Source: Clostridia bacterium (lineage in GTDB: Bacteria; Bacillota; Clostridia; TANB77; CAG-508). Taken from it: DNA of 64,000 nt. The stretch spans positions 1,315 to 65,314 of the forward strand of contig JAFXGW010000024.1 in assembly GCA_017536685.1 (NCBI GenBank). Direction: 5' to 3'. Each line of letters begins with the position of its first letter. The stretch's first letter is position 1. Position numbers and translations under genes: made by a program. The notes beneath the pieces are model-generated. The model made no database searches, was not told where the DNA came from, and worked only from the letters and a program-made list of their open reading frames with translations. Below, piece by piece: positions 48,416 through 58,420 of this stretch.

Positions 48416-50569
48416 GTGGACAAAATTTTTAAGAAAATTGCAGAAGAATTGAATATTAGAGAAACTCAAGTTGAAGCTACTGTTAAACTTATAGATGAAG
48501 GAAATACAATTCCTTTTATTGCACGTTATAGAAAAGAAGTAACAGGAAACTTAAGTGATGAAACTTTAAGAGATTTAGGAGAAAGATTAAATTATCTTAG
48601 AAACTTAGAAAAAAGAAAAGAAGAAATTATAAGGTTAATAGATGAGCAAGGAAAATTAACAGATGAACTTACAATTAAAATTGCAAGTACAATGGTTTTA
48701 TCTGAACTTGAAGATATTTATAGACCATATAAACCAAAGAAAAGAACAAGAGCAACTATTGCTAAAGAAAAAGGTTTAGAGCCTTTAGCAAATATCATTT
48801 ATTTACAAGTAGAGAAAAATGATATTTTTGAGATTGCTAAAGAATATATAAATGAAGAAAAAGAAGTAAATACAGTAGAAGATGCAATAGCAGGAGCGTT
48901 AGATATAATTGCGGAAAATATTGCAGATGACGCTGATTATAGAAAGAAAATAAAATCATTCTGTTTTAGAGAAGCTGTTATAACAAGTAAAGCTTCAAAT
49001 GAAGAAGAAAAATCTCCTTATGAAATGTATTATGATTTTAAAGAGCCAATATTAAAGATCCCAAGCCATAGAATATTGGCAATAAATAGGGGAGAGAATG
49101 AAGAATTTTTAAAAGTAAAAGTAGAAAAACCAGAAGAGAAGATTTTAGATTATTTAAGAAAACAAATTATTAAAGATTTTAAGAGTCAATTTAATGAACC
49201 TTTAACTACAACAATAGAAGATTCTTACAAAAGATTAATAGAACCATCTATTGAAAGAGAAATTAGAAGCGATTTAACAGAACGTTCAGAAGAACAAGCT
49301 ATAAAAGTATTTGGTAAAAATGCAAAACAACTTTTACTTCAACCACCAATTAAAGAAATGACAGTTATGGGATTTGACCCTGCATACAGAACTGGATGTA
49401 AAATAGCAGTAATAGATAAAACAGGAAAACTTTTAGATACAACAACTGTTTATCCAACAGAACCTCAAAATGATGTGGAAGGTGCTAAAAAAGTTTTAAA
49501 AGAATTAATAAATAAACACAAAGTAAATATGATTGCAATTGGAAATGGAACAGCTTCTAGGGAATCGGAAACTTTTGTTTCTAATATGATAAAAGAAATA
49601 AACTCTGAAATTTATTATGCTATTGTTAGTGAAGCTGGTGCTTCTGTATATTCAGCATCAAAACTTGCAACTGAAGAATATCCAGATATAAATGTTTCTT
49701 TAAGAGGCGCAATTTCAATTGCTAGAAGACTTCAAGATCCACTTTCAGAACTTGTAAAAATAGATCCAAAAGCAATTGGTGTTGGTCAATATCAACATGA
49801 TGTTAATCAAAAGAAATTATCAGAAAGTTTAACAGGAGTTGTTGAAGATGCTGTTAACTCTGTTGGCGTAGATGTTAACACTGCTACACCATCACTACTT
49901 TCTTATGTTTCTGGTATTAACGGAACTATTGCTAAAAACATTGTAAAATATAGAGATGAGAATGGTGAGATTAAACAAAGAAAAGACTTACTAAAAGTTC
50001 CAAAACTAGGACCAGCAGCTTACAAACAATGTGCAGGATTTATTCGTATATTTAATGGGAAAAATCCTTTAGAAGTAACTGCAGTTCACCCAGAAAGTTA
50101 TGAAGTTGCAGAAAAGTTATTAACAAAATTGGGATATTCTGTGGATTCTTTAATCAAAAAAGAGAGTTTAGATGCGTTAAGAAACGACTTATCAAAGGTT
50201 GATGTTGTAAAAATGTCTGATGAATTAGAAGTTGGTGGATTAACCTTAAAAGATATTATAGATGAACTTTCAAAGCCAGGTAGAGATCCTAGAGAAGACC
50301 TGCCAAAACCAATTTTAAGAAGTGATGTTTTAAAATTTGAAGATTTACAAGAAGGAATGGAACTTACAGGAACAGTTAGAAATGTTATAGACTTTGGAGC
50401 TTTTGTTGATGTTGGAGTAAAACATGATGGTTTAGTTCATATTTCGCAAATGGCTGATAGATATATTAAAAATCCATCAGAAGTTGTTTCTGTAGGGGAT
50501 ATAGTAAAAGTTAAAGTTATTGGAATTGATAGAGAAAAACAAAAGGTAAGTTTATCAATGAAAGTATAA
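48416..50569 (+). CDS. tex: Tex-like transcription accessory protein (S1 RNA-binding domain)
   Basis: 717 aa with a GTG start behind GTGAGGT. The typical N-terminus is IAEELNIRETQVEATVKLIDEGNTIPFIARYRKE. A YqgF-like domain and a C-terminal S1 domain are present. Confidence 0.95.
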   Translation: MDKIFKKIAEELNIRETQVEATVKLIDEGNTIPFIARYRKEVTGNLSDETLRDLGERLNYLRNLEKRKEEIIRLIDEQGKLTDELTIKIASTMVLSELEDIYRPYKPKKRTRATIAKEKGLEPLANIIYLQVEKNDIFEIAKEYINEEKEVNTVEDAIAGALDIIAENIADDADYRKKIKSFCFREAVITSKASNEEEKSPYEMYYDFKEPILKIPSHRILAINRGENEEFLKVKVEKPEEKILDYLRKQIIKDFKSQFNEPLTTTIEDSYKRLIEPSIEREIRSDLTERSEEQAIKVFGKNAKQLLLQPPIKEMTVMGFDPAYRTGCKIAVIDKTGKLLDTTTVYPTEPQNDVEGAKKVLKELINKHKVNMIAIGNGTASRESETFVSNMIKEINSEIYYAIVSEAGASVYSASKLATEEYPDINVSLRGAISIARRLQDPLSELVKIDPKAIGVGQYQHDVNQKKLSESLTGVVEDAVNSVGVDVNTATPSLLSYVSGINGTIAKNIVKYRDENGEIKQRKDLLKVPKLGPAAYKQCAGFIRIFNGKNPLEVTAVHPESYEVAEKLLTKLGYSVDSLIKKESLDALRNDLSKVDVVKMSDELEVGGLTLKDIIDELSKPGRDPREDLPKPILRSDVLKFEDLQEGMELTGTVRNVIDFGAFVDVGVKHDGLVHISQMADRYIKNPSEVVSVGDIVKVKVIGIDREKQKVSLSMKV

Positions 50570-50587
50570 AAATTGAATATTAAATTT

Positions 50588-50619
50588 AAAAGAGTCTAAA
50601 GAAAAAAATAGACTCTTTT
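50588..50619 (+). terminator. Intrinsic terminator after tex
   Basis: AAAGAGTCTA/TAGACTCTTT stem followed by a short T-run. Confidence 0.6.
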
Positions 50620-50640
50620 AACATGTATGAATTAATCAAT

Positions 50641-50681
50641 TTTTAAATAAAAATAAAGCCTCGAAATTTAATTTCGAGGCT
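50641..50681 (-). terminator. Intrinsic terminator after the MBL hydrolase gene
   Basis: AGCCTCGAAAT/ATTTCGAGGCT stem (50657-50681), followed by a T-rich tail on the minus strand. Confidence 0.75.
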
Positions 50682-50711
50682 ATTATAATAAATTTTAGTG
50701 ATGGCTTATAA

Positions 50712-51500
50712 TTAAACTGTTATTATCTTTCCAGGTGCATTTCTATTTGCAACACTGATACTAATTTTATTTATATCTGAATTTGAATTCATAAGTTCTT
50801 CTGCAACAGTTTGATAAGCTAGCTCAGGAAAGTTATTTTCTTTGCTTAGGTGACCAAGAACAACTTGTTTTAAATCTTTTTTCATTAAAGCTGAAATTGT
50901 TTTTCCAGCGGTTTCATTTGATAAATGTCCATATTGACCTGCAATTCTTTGTTTTAGATGGAAAGGATATTTAGAAACTTTTAATATTTCTGGATCATAA
51001 TTTGATTCAAGTAATATAAAAGAACTATTTTCAAGTTGTTTAAAAATATTGTTATTCATATGTCCTAAGTCTGTTGCTATACTTAATTTTCTTTTTCCAT
51101 TATGTATATTGAAACCACAAGGATTTGCAGCATCATGTGGAGTGCTAAAAGGATGAATTGTTAAATCATTTAAAAAGAAATCTTCATCATTATTAAAATA
51201 TTTTATATTTTCAAAAGAAACTTTTTCTTTTTGTTTTTCCATAGCATCCCAGGTTTCCATATTAGCATAAACTGGAATATTAAATTTTTTTGAAACCATT
51301 CCTAAACTTTGTATGTGATCTGAGTGTTCGTGAGTAACTAAAATAGCATCAATATCTTCGATTGATGAATCTATTGATGCTAATCCTTCACAAATTTTTT
51401 TACAGCTTGTTCCACAATCAATTAAGATTTTTGTGTTGTTAGAACTAACATACAAACAGTTCCCAGAGCTTCCACTATACAAGCTACAAAATTTTAACAT
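50712..51500 (-). CDS. MBL-fold metallo-hydrolase (YycJ/WalJ-like)
   Basis: 262 aa with the HEHSDH motif. Confidence 0.85.
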   Translation of the reverse strand: MLKFCSLYSGSSGNCLYVSSNNTKILIDCGTSCKKICEGLASIDSSIEDIDAILVTHEHSDHIQSLGMVSKKFNIPVYANMETWDAMEKQKEKVSFENIKYFNNDEDFFLNDLTIHPFSTPHDAANPCGFNIHNGKRKLSIATDLGHMNNNIFKQLENSSFILLESNYDPEILKVSKYPFHLKQRIAGQYGHLSNETAGKTISALMKKDLKQVVLGHLSKENNFPELAYQTVAEELMNSNSDINKISISVANRNAPGKIITV

Positions 51501-51517
51501 ATTTTTTCCCCTGTTTA

Positions 51518-52795
51518 TTAATCTTCATTAACTCTTTCGATTTTTGCCCCAAGTTTTCTGAATTTTTCTTCTATATTTTCATAACCACGGTCAATGTGGT
51601 TTAAATTGTATATTTCTGTTTTTCCTTCTGCTATAATTCCTGCAATTACTAAAGCTGCTCCAGCTCTTAAGTCTGTAGCGTATACAGGAGCAGAAGTAAG
51701 TTTGTTAACACCTTCAAAGAAAGCACTTTTTCCCTGAGCTGTTATTTTTGCACCCATTTTATTTAGTTCGTTAGTATATTGAAATCTAGATTCCCAAATG
51801 CTTTCGTGAATTGTACTTGTTCCTTCAGATATTGATAAAAGTACTCCCATTTGAGGCTGTAAATCTGTTGGAAAACCAGGATAAGGTAAAGTTTTAATGG
51901 TAGCTTTACGAGTTCTTTTTGAATACCAAACTCTTAGATGATCTCCATTTGCATCAACATTTCCACCCATTTCTACTATTTTTGCAATAATTGATTCTAA
52001 GTGTTTAGTAATACAATTTTTTATTATAACATCACCTTTAGAAGCAACAGCAGCAATCATAAATGTTCCAGCTTCTATTTGATCAGGAACTACAGAATAT
52101 GTAGCATTTCCTTTTAATTCTTTTACACCATTTACTTTTATTATATCTGTACCAGCACCTCTAATGTCGGCTCCCATTGTATTTAAGAAGTTTGCAAGGT
52201 CAACTATATGAGGTTCCTTAGCAGCATTATCTATAATAGTAGTTCCTTCTGCTAAAACTGCTGCTAGCATAGCATTCATTGTTGCTCCTACAGATACAAC
52301 GTCCATATATATTGATGTACCTTTTAATTTTTTTGCTTTTGCTGTAATATTACCATTTGCAACTTCCACATTTGCTCCAAGTGCTTCAAATGATTTGATA
52401 TGTTGGTCTATAGGTCTTGTTCCTAGATTACAACCACCAGGAAGACCTACTTTAGCACTTTTACATCTTCCTAGTAAAGCTCCAAGTAAATAATAAGAAG
52501 CTCTAAATTTTCTTGTTGTTTCAACTGGTACATTATTACAGTTTATATTTCTTGTATCAACCGTGATTTCATGTTCTGAATTCCAAGTAATTTTTGCACC
52601 TAATTCTTTTAATATATCACAATATAATTTAACATCACTAATGTTTGGTAAATTTTCAATTGTACAAATTCCATTTATTAATAAAGTAGCTGGTATTATT
52701 GCAATTGCGGCGTTTTTGGCACCACTAATTACCACCTCTCCTTTTAGAGGTGTTTTTCCAGTAATGACTAACTTTTCCAAAATATATACCCCCAA
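51518..52795 (-). CDS. murA: UDP-N-acetylglucosamine 1-carboxyvinyltransferase
   Basis: 425 aa with ISGAKNAA, the active-site loop LPGGCNLGTRPID and the C-terminal HIDRGYE. Confidence 0.96.
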   Translation of the reverse strand: MGVYILEKLVITGKTPLKGEVVISGAKNAAIAIIPATLLINGICTIENLPNISDVKLYCDILKELGAKITWNSEHEITVDTRNINCNNVPVETTRKFRASYYLLGALLGRCKSAKVGLPGGCNLGTRPIDQHIKSFEALGANVEVANGNITAKAKKLKGTSIYMDVVSVGATMNAMLAAVLAEGTTIIDNAAKEPHIVDLANFLNTMGADIRGAGTDIIKVNGVKELKGNATYSVVPDQIEAGTFMIAAVASKGDVIIKNCITKHLESIIAKIVEMGGNVDANGDHLRVWYSKRTRKATIKTLPYPGFPTDLQPQMGVLLSISEGTSTIHESIWESRFQYTNELNKMGAKITAQGKSAFFEGVNKLTSAPVYATDLRAGAALVIAGIIAEGKTEIYNLNHIDRGYENIEEKFRKLGAKIERVNED

Positions 52796-52969
52796 TATTT
52801 TGCTTAAAATTGTATGAGTAAAATATACTCATTTTGAACTATATCATAAAATCAAAAGATTTACAACATATTTTTTTAAAGTTTGAGCTATTTTAGTATA
52901 CAGAGAAAAACTATCGTTTTTGTGTTTTGAACGATAGTTTTGGAGAATAAGAGAATTGAGCAAAATTAA

Positions 52970-53584
52970 TTAATTTGAGAATATTTCAAGTATTTTGAAT
53001 TTTAATTTTATAGTTTCACTATTATTCGTAATTATAGCAAATTCTTCTTCTGAAAGATTTTCTTTTAGATTCTCTTTAGATTCTTCGTCAATTATTCCAG
53101 AAGAAATATCAACAAAACATAGTGGTGGAAAAAGTGAGCACCACCAATTTTGACCTTCAGCATTTCCAATTTTAATTCTTAGAGCATCATAATATCCAGC
53201 AGGCAGAGAAATATTGCCATATATTTTGGTAGGAAAATAGAAATTACCAATTTCAATAGAAACAGGGTAATAAAATCCAGCTTCTTCTATTGTGTCTTCA
53301 GCAATTTGCTTATAAATCTCTAAATTATTTCTAACAGAATTTATAACTTCAGATTTATTTGTGTTTGAAAAGCTTTGAGAATTCATATGTTCAATAATTG
53401 CATCTCTAACCTTTAGTTTTAAATCTTGGTCTAGTTTTGAATCACTGTTTGCTAAAATATGAAGTCTAAAAAAATTGCTTGACAAATTTTGTGAAACTGT
53501 ACTAGCATACGACGAAATTGAGGTGAGAATAAAGCAGAATAAAAGTAATATTAGAATAAAAATGTATTTAATTTTTCTTTTCAT
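52970..53584 (-). CDS. spoIIR: Stage II sporulation protein R
   Basis: 204 aa with a signal/anchor sequence, FRLHILANSDS..DQ.LKLKVRD and GQNWWCSLFPPLCF. Confidence 0.9.
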   Translation of the reverse strand: MKRKIKYIFILILLLFCFILTSISSYASTVSQNLSSNFFRLHILANSDSKLDQDLKLKVRDAIIEHMNSQSFSNTNKSEVINSVRNNLEIYKQIAEDTIEEAGFYYPVSIEIGNFYFPTKIYGNISLPAGYYDALRIKIGNAEGQNWWCSLFPPLCFVDISSGIIDEESKENLKENLSEEEFAIITNNSETIKLKFKILEIFSN

Positions 53585-53680
53585 AAATCCTCCTAAAAAA
53601 CCATTACTTGATATATGAGTAATTATTTACTATTTTTAAAAAAATATGCAAAAAAACAATGAATTTGTAAAGTTTATTAC

Positions 53681-53735
53681 TGTCGAAAAAGATAGTACGA
53701 ATTAAATTGCAAGACGTCATCAAGAGTGATAAGAT
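53681..53735 (+). promoter_or_regulatory. Promoter of the 53769 gene with an upstream Spo0A-box-like motif
   Basis: TGTCGAA at 53681-53687. Promoter is TTGCAA at 53707-53712, a 17-nt spacer, then TGaTAAGAT ending at 53735. Confidence 0.35.
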
Positions 53736-53768
53736 TCATACATAAGTTAAATATATGGAGGTTTGATT

Positions 53769-54239
53769 ATGAAGAAAAAGAATTTTTGTAGTTTTTATGT
53801 AAGTGAATATCACTTATTAACCATTTTATTACCATATATAAATGAAAAAATGTCAGATTCAAAAAATATAGAAGTAATTTTAGAAGATGATATGATTGAA
53901 TATGTAAAAAAATATTTAAAAAGAAATGAAATTTATAATATAAGCAAAATTTTAAAACTAGGATGGAAAAAAAATAAAGAAGATATTATAGAATTGAAAG
54001 AGAATACAGATATTGTAGTAATTTGTGGACACGAAACATTTGTTGAATCAGTAAATAAATCAATTAACAATAGCGAAAATGTTAAGGAAATAATAAATTG
54101 TTATAATATTGAAACAATGACAAATTTAAATGAAATTGTAAAAGAGCATAATTTTATTTTAAGGACAAATGGGTTATGCGAAGTGAAAAAAAGTTCACAC
54201 AATGAACAAAAAAGAAAAACAATTCAAACACAAATATAG
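53769..54239 (+). CDS. Hypothetical protein (156 aa)
   Basis: ATG at 53769, 7 nt after GGAGG. No motif recognised. Confidence 0.6.
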   Translation: MKKKNFCSFYVSEYHLLTILLPYINEKMSDSKNIEVILEDDMIEYVKKYLKRNEIYNISKILKLGWKKNKEDIIELKENTDIVVICGHETFVESVNKSINNSENVKEIINCYNIETMTNLNEIVKEHNFILRTNGLCEVKKSSHNEQKRKTIQTQI

Positions 54240-54444
54240 AATAGCATTACTGTATAAAAATATGGCTTGTCAAGTAAGTTGCTTATGTCTTAAGAGTAAA
54301 ATATCCCTAGAATAGTAGGAGATTAAAGAAAAATACAAAATGACAAAAAGCGAGGTTGACTAAAGTAAAAAAATGATATAAGATATATCAAAATTAAAGG
54401 TTCAAAATTTGATTTCTATGTAATAGAAAGGAGTAAAAAACATA

Positions 54445-57411
54445 ATGGGGAAAGAACTAGAAAATGTAAAAAAAGTTTTAAAAGAATATGGTCAAGAACA
54501 TTTACTTTTAAAATATAATGAAATGGATGAACATGATCAAAGAACATTATTAGACCAAATCGAAGATATCGATTTTGATTTAATGAAACAATTGTATGAA
54601 CAAGCTACAAAACCAGTAGATTTGGAAACAATTACAATTGAACCAATTGAACACGTTGATAAAGCTAAATTAACAGTTAGCGAACGTGAAATGTATGAGA
54701 AAAAGGGTATCGAAGCAATTAAATATAATAAATTTGCTGTAGTTACAATGGCTGGTGGACAAGGAACAAGACTTGGTCATCCAGGACCAAAAGGAACATT
54801 TATATTCGATGTTGAAAAAAATAAATCAATTTTCGAAACTCTATGCGAAACATTAAAAGATGCATGGAAAAAATATGATACAGTTATTCCTTGGTATTTA
54901 ATGACAAGTAGAGAAAATAATGATGCAACAGTAAAATTTTTTGAAGATCACAATTATTTTGGATATCCTCAAGAAGCAGTTCATTTCTTTAAACAAGGCG
55001 AATTACCAATGCTTGATTTAAAAGGAAAAATTCTTTTAGAAAAAAATGGTATGGTTAAAAAAGCTGCTAATGGACATGGTGGAACATTACAATCAATGGA
55101 AAGAGCTCAAGTAATTGAAGAAATGAAAGAGAACGGAATTGAGTGGGTATTTATAAATGGTGTAGATAACGTATTAGTAAAACCAGTAGATCCACTATTA
55201 ATAGGAATGTCAATTCATAATAAAGTTTTAGCAGCAGCTAAGGCAATTGAAAAAACAGATCCAAAAGAAAAAGTTGGTGTATTATGCAGAAAAAACAAAA
55301 AAGTAGGTGTTGTAGAGTACACAGAAATTTCTGAAGATATGGCTAACTTAAGAGATGATTACGGTTCTTTAGTATATGGAGATGGTAATGCTATATTCCA
55401 TTTATATAATATCAAAGGATTAGAAAGAATTAGTCAAGAAAAACTTCCATATCATACAGCAGTTAAAAAAGCTAGCTATGTAGATTCAGAAGGAAAAGAA
55501 GTTATTGGTGAAAAACCAAATGCATACAAATTTGAAATGTTCATATTTGATTCTTATGAATTATTTGATGATGTTGTAGTTTTAAGAGTAAAAAGAGAAG
55601 AAGAATTTGCTCCTATAAAAAATGCTGAAGGACAAGATAGTCCAGAAACAGCTAGAAAATTATATAAAGATTACATGAACAAAGTTGAATATCATAATAA
55701 ATATAGCCAATGGTCAACAAGCCCAATTTTTGATGAAGAAACAAGAAAAGAATTATTAAAAATTGCAGGAAACGAAGAAGAAATTAAAGATAGATTTTAT
55801 AAAGACTTAGAATTTGGAACAGCAGGAATGAGAGGTGTTATAGGAAACGGTACAAACAGAATGAATGTTTATACTGTTACTAAAGCAACTCAAGGTTTAT
55901 CAAACTACATCTTAAGACAAGGTACAGAAAACAAAGGTGTAGCAATAGCTTATGATTCAAGAAATATGTCTCCAGAATTCGCTGAAGCAACAGCACTTTG
56001 CTTTAATGCAAATGGAATTAAAACGTATATATTTGATTCATTAAGACCAGTTCCAGAATTATCATTTGCTGTAAGAGAATTAGGATGTACAGCTGGTGTT
56101 ATGATTACAGCTAGCCATAACCCACCAGAATACAATGGATACAAAGTATACTGGGATGATGGCGCTCAAATAGTAGCACCACATGACAAAGAAATTATAG
56201 CTGAAGTAAATAAAGTAAAAGATTATTCATTAATTAGATCTATTTCTTTAGAAGAAGCTAAAAAATTAAGATTATATAATGTAATTGGAAAAGCTATGGA
56301 TAAATTATACTTACAAGCAATTAAAAAACAAGTATTAAATCCAGAAGTAATTAAAGAAGTAGGAAAAGATTTAAAAATAGTTTATACTCCACTTCATGGA
56401 ACAGGAAATGAACCTGTACAAACAGTATTAGAACAATTAGGATTTGAAAATGTTTATGTAGTTCCAGAACAAGAATTACCAAATGGAAACTTTTCAACAG
56501 TGGACTATCCAAATCCAGAAGATATAAAAGCATTTGATTTAGCATTAAAACTTGCTAAAAGACAAGATGCAGATTTAGTTTTAGCAACAGATCCTGATGC
56601 AGATAGATTAGGCGTTTTAGCTAAAGATTCAAAAACAGGTGAATACATGTCATTCACAGGAAATATGTCAGGGTTATTAATTGCTGAATATATTTTAGAC
56701 CAAAAGAAAGCCAAAAAAATAATGCCCAAAAACGGAGCATTAGTTACAACAATAGTATCTTCTAATTTAGCACAAGCTATAGCTAAAGAATATAAATTAG
56801 AATTTATAGAAGTTTTAACAGGATTCAAATATATTGGAGAACAAATTAGAAATTTCGAAACAACAGGAAGCAATGAATATTTATTTGGATTTGAAGAAAG
56901 CTATGGATGTTTAGTTGGAACACACGCTAGAGATAAAGATGCAATAACAGCAGTTATGATGCTTTGCGAAGCTGCTGCTTACTATAAAAAACAAGGATTA
57001 ACTTTATGGGATCAAATGATAAATATTTACAAAAAATATGGATTCTATAAAGAAGGAATTTCTACAATTACTTTAAAAGGTGCTGATGGAGCTATCAAAA
57101 TGAAAGAATTATTAGATGGTATCAGAAACAATCCGCCAACAGAACTTGGAGGATATAAAGTAACTAGAGTTAGAGATTACAAAACAGAAAAAATTGTAGA
57201 TACAAAAACTGGTAAAGAATCAGATACAGGATTACCAACATCAAATGTATTATATTACGATTTAGAAGATGATGCTTGGTGCTGTGTAAGACCATCTGGA
57301 ACAGAACCAAAAGTTAAATTCTACATGGGAGTTAAAGGAAAATCATTAGAAGACGCAGAAAGCAAATTAGATGCTTTAAGAAAATCAATGATGGAACTTG
57401 CAGAAAAATAG
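54445..57411 (+). CDS. Fusion protein: eukaryotic-type UDP-sugar pyrophosphorylase (UDPGP/UAP family) plus alpha-D-phosphohexomutase (PgcA-like)
   Basis: Residues 1-410 carry MAGGQGTRLGHPGPKG, ANGHGG, INGVDNVL and KFEMFIFD. Residues 411-988 start MNKVEYHNKY...FYKDLEFGTAGMRG and carry the active-site TASHNPPEYNGYK. It is a single 988-codon frame. Confidence 0.85.
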   Translation: MGKELENVKKVLKEYGQEHLLLKYNEMDEHDQRTLLDQIEDIDFDLMKQLYEQATKPVDLETITIEPIEHVDKAKLTVSEREMYEKKGIEAIKYNKFAVVTMAGGQGTRLGHPGPKGTFIFDVEKNKSIFETLCETLKDAWKKYDTVIPWYLMTSRENNDATVKFFEDHNYFGYPQEAVHFFKQGELPMLDLKGKILLEKNGMVKKAANGHGGTLQSMERAQVIEEMKENGIEWVFINGVDNVLVKPVDPLLIGMSIHNKVLAAAKAIEKTDPKEKVGVLCRKNKKVGVVEYTEISEDMANLRDDYGSLVYGDGNAIFHLYNIKGLERISQEKLPYHTAVKKASYVDSEGKEVIGEKPNAYKFEMFIFDSYELFDDVVVLRVKREEEFAPIKNAEGQDSPETARKLYKDYMNKVEYHNKYSQWSTSPIFDEETRKELLKIAGNEEEIKDRFYKDLEFGTAGMRGVIGNGTNRMNVYTVTKATQGLSNYILRQGTENKGVAIAYDSRNMSPEFAEATALCFNANGIKTYIFDSLRPVPELSFAVRELGCTAGVMITASHNPPEYNGYKVYWDDGAQIVAPHDKEIIAEVNKVKDYSLIRSISLEEAKKLRLYNVIGKAMDKLYLQAIKKQVLNPEVIKEVGKDLKIVYTPLHGTGNEPVQTVLEQLGFENVYVVPEQELPNGNFSTVDYPNPEDIKAFDLALKLAKRQDADLVLATDPDADRLGVLAKDSKTGEYMSFTGNMSGLLIAEYILDQKKAKKIMPKNGALVTTIVSSNLAQAIAKEYKLEFIEVLTGFKYIGEQIRNFETTGSNEYLFGFEESYGCLVGTHARDKDAITAVMMLCEAAAYYKKQGLTLWDQMINIYKKYGFYKEGISTITLKGADGAIKMKELLDGIRNNPPTELGGYKVTRVRDYKTEKIVDTKTGKESDTGLPTSNVLYYDLEDDAWCCVRPSGTEPKVKFYMGVKGKSLEDAESKLDALRKSMMELAEK

Positions 57412-57422
57412 TTATATAAATT

Positions 57423-57461
57423 AGATACTCAAAATGTGAAAATGTTTTGAGTATCTTTTTT
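57423..57461 (+). terminator. Intrinsic terminator
   Basis: AGATACTCAAAA/TTTTGAGTATCT stem followed by a T6 run. Confidence 0.85.
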
Positions 57462-57753
57462 CTATATAGTTTGTAGATAGTAAAGAAGTAAATAGTAAAG
57501 AAAAAATTAATATTGATTTAGATTATCGGGAATCAAAAGATAGACACAATAAATTTTCAGTTACGAAAAGCGAAGATTAAAAAAATATATAAATTTTTTC
57601 AAAAAATTAAAAAATTTTCAAATAAACTTGTAAAAAATATTAATTAATGATATAAATAGACTACTGTAAAATAGTAGAAAAGCTTGAAATATCAAAGATT
57701 TTCTAGGATTAAAAGAATAAAAATGAAATTTTTAAAAAAATTTCAAAAAAGTG

Positions 57754-57782
57754 TTGACATCTAAAGAAAAATGTTGTAATAT
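57754..57782 (+). promoter_or_regulatory. Sigma-A promoter of the tRNA operon
   Basis: TTGACA at 57754-57759, a 17-nt spacer, then TAATAT at 57777-57782. Confidence 0.65.
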
Positions 57783-57822
57783 ATAAAGGCAGTCGCGTTA
57801 CAGACTGTCATACAATATGTAT

Positions 57823-57898
57823 GGGCTATTAGCTCAGATGGTAGAGCACTTGACTTTTAATCAAGTTGTCCCGCGTTCGAATCGCGGATAGCTCACCA
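57823..57898 (+). tRNA. tRNA-Lys (anticodon UUU)
   Basis: Cloverleaf read by hand: acceptor GGGCTAT/ATAGCTC, anticodon stem CTTGA/TCAAG with loop CTTTTAA, T-arm GTTCGAATC, encoded CCA. Confidence 0.93.
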
Positions 57899-57927
57899 AG
57901 AAAATCTTGTAAAAGATTTTCTTTTAT

Positions 57928-58002
57928 GGCCCCTTGGTCAAGCGGTTAAGACATCGCCCTTTCACGGCGGAGACATGGGTTCGATTCCCGTAGGGGTCAC
58001 CA
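57928..58002 (+). tRNA. tRNA-Glu (anticodon UUC)
   Basis: GGCCCCTTGGTCAAGCGGTTAAGACA..., anticodon loop CTTTCAC, T-arm GGTTCGATTCC, encoded CCA. Confidence 0.93.
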
Positions 58003-58037
58003 CTTTTTTATAAAGGTGACAAAAATTAAATACTAGT

Positions 58038-58113
<76 letters not shown>

Positions 58114-58116
58114 TCG

Positions 58117-58160
58117 AAAACGAGTAAAATCTTTGAAAGAGTAAGATTTGCTCGTTTTTT
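58117..58160 (+). terminator. Intrinsic terminator of the tRNA operon
   Basis: AAAACGAGTAAAATCTT pairs with AAGATTTGCTCGTTTT (with a bulge), followed by a T6 run. Confidence 0.75.
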
Positions 58161-58281
58161 GCTTTTCCCAAAAAGAAATTTTAGGAAAGAAAAGATAGAT
58201 AGAGAAAGAAATAGAGCGACAACGATTATAGCCTTTTTAAAATGTTCTAGAACTTCTATAGAATTCCAAAAATGTCTTCCA

Positions 58282-58420
58282 ACTGTCTTCCAAAAAAGAA
58301 GCTTGGAAGACAGTGAAAAAATCAATATGTTATTACAGTTAAAATATATTAAAAGTTTTTTTGAAAAATATAAAAAAGTGACTTCCATAAACTTTGGAAG
58401 TCATTTTAATGATTATTTAT
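58282..58420. repeat. Copy A of a roughly 140-bp two-hairpin repeat, 3' flank of the DUF4143 ATPase gene
   Basis: Aligns by eye at roughly three quarters identity with 63794-63930. Hairpin 1 is CTGTCTTCCA/TGGAAGACAG. Hairpin 2 is TGACTTCCA/TGGAAGTCA, which on the minus strand acts as the ATPase gene terminator. Confidence 0.7.
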
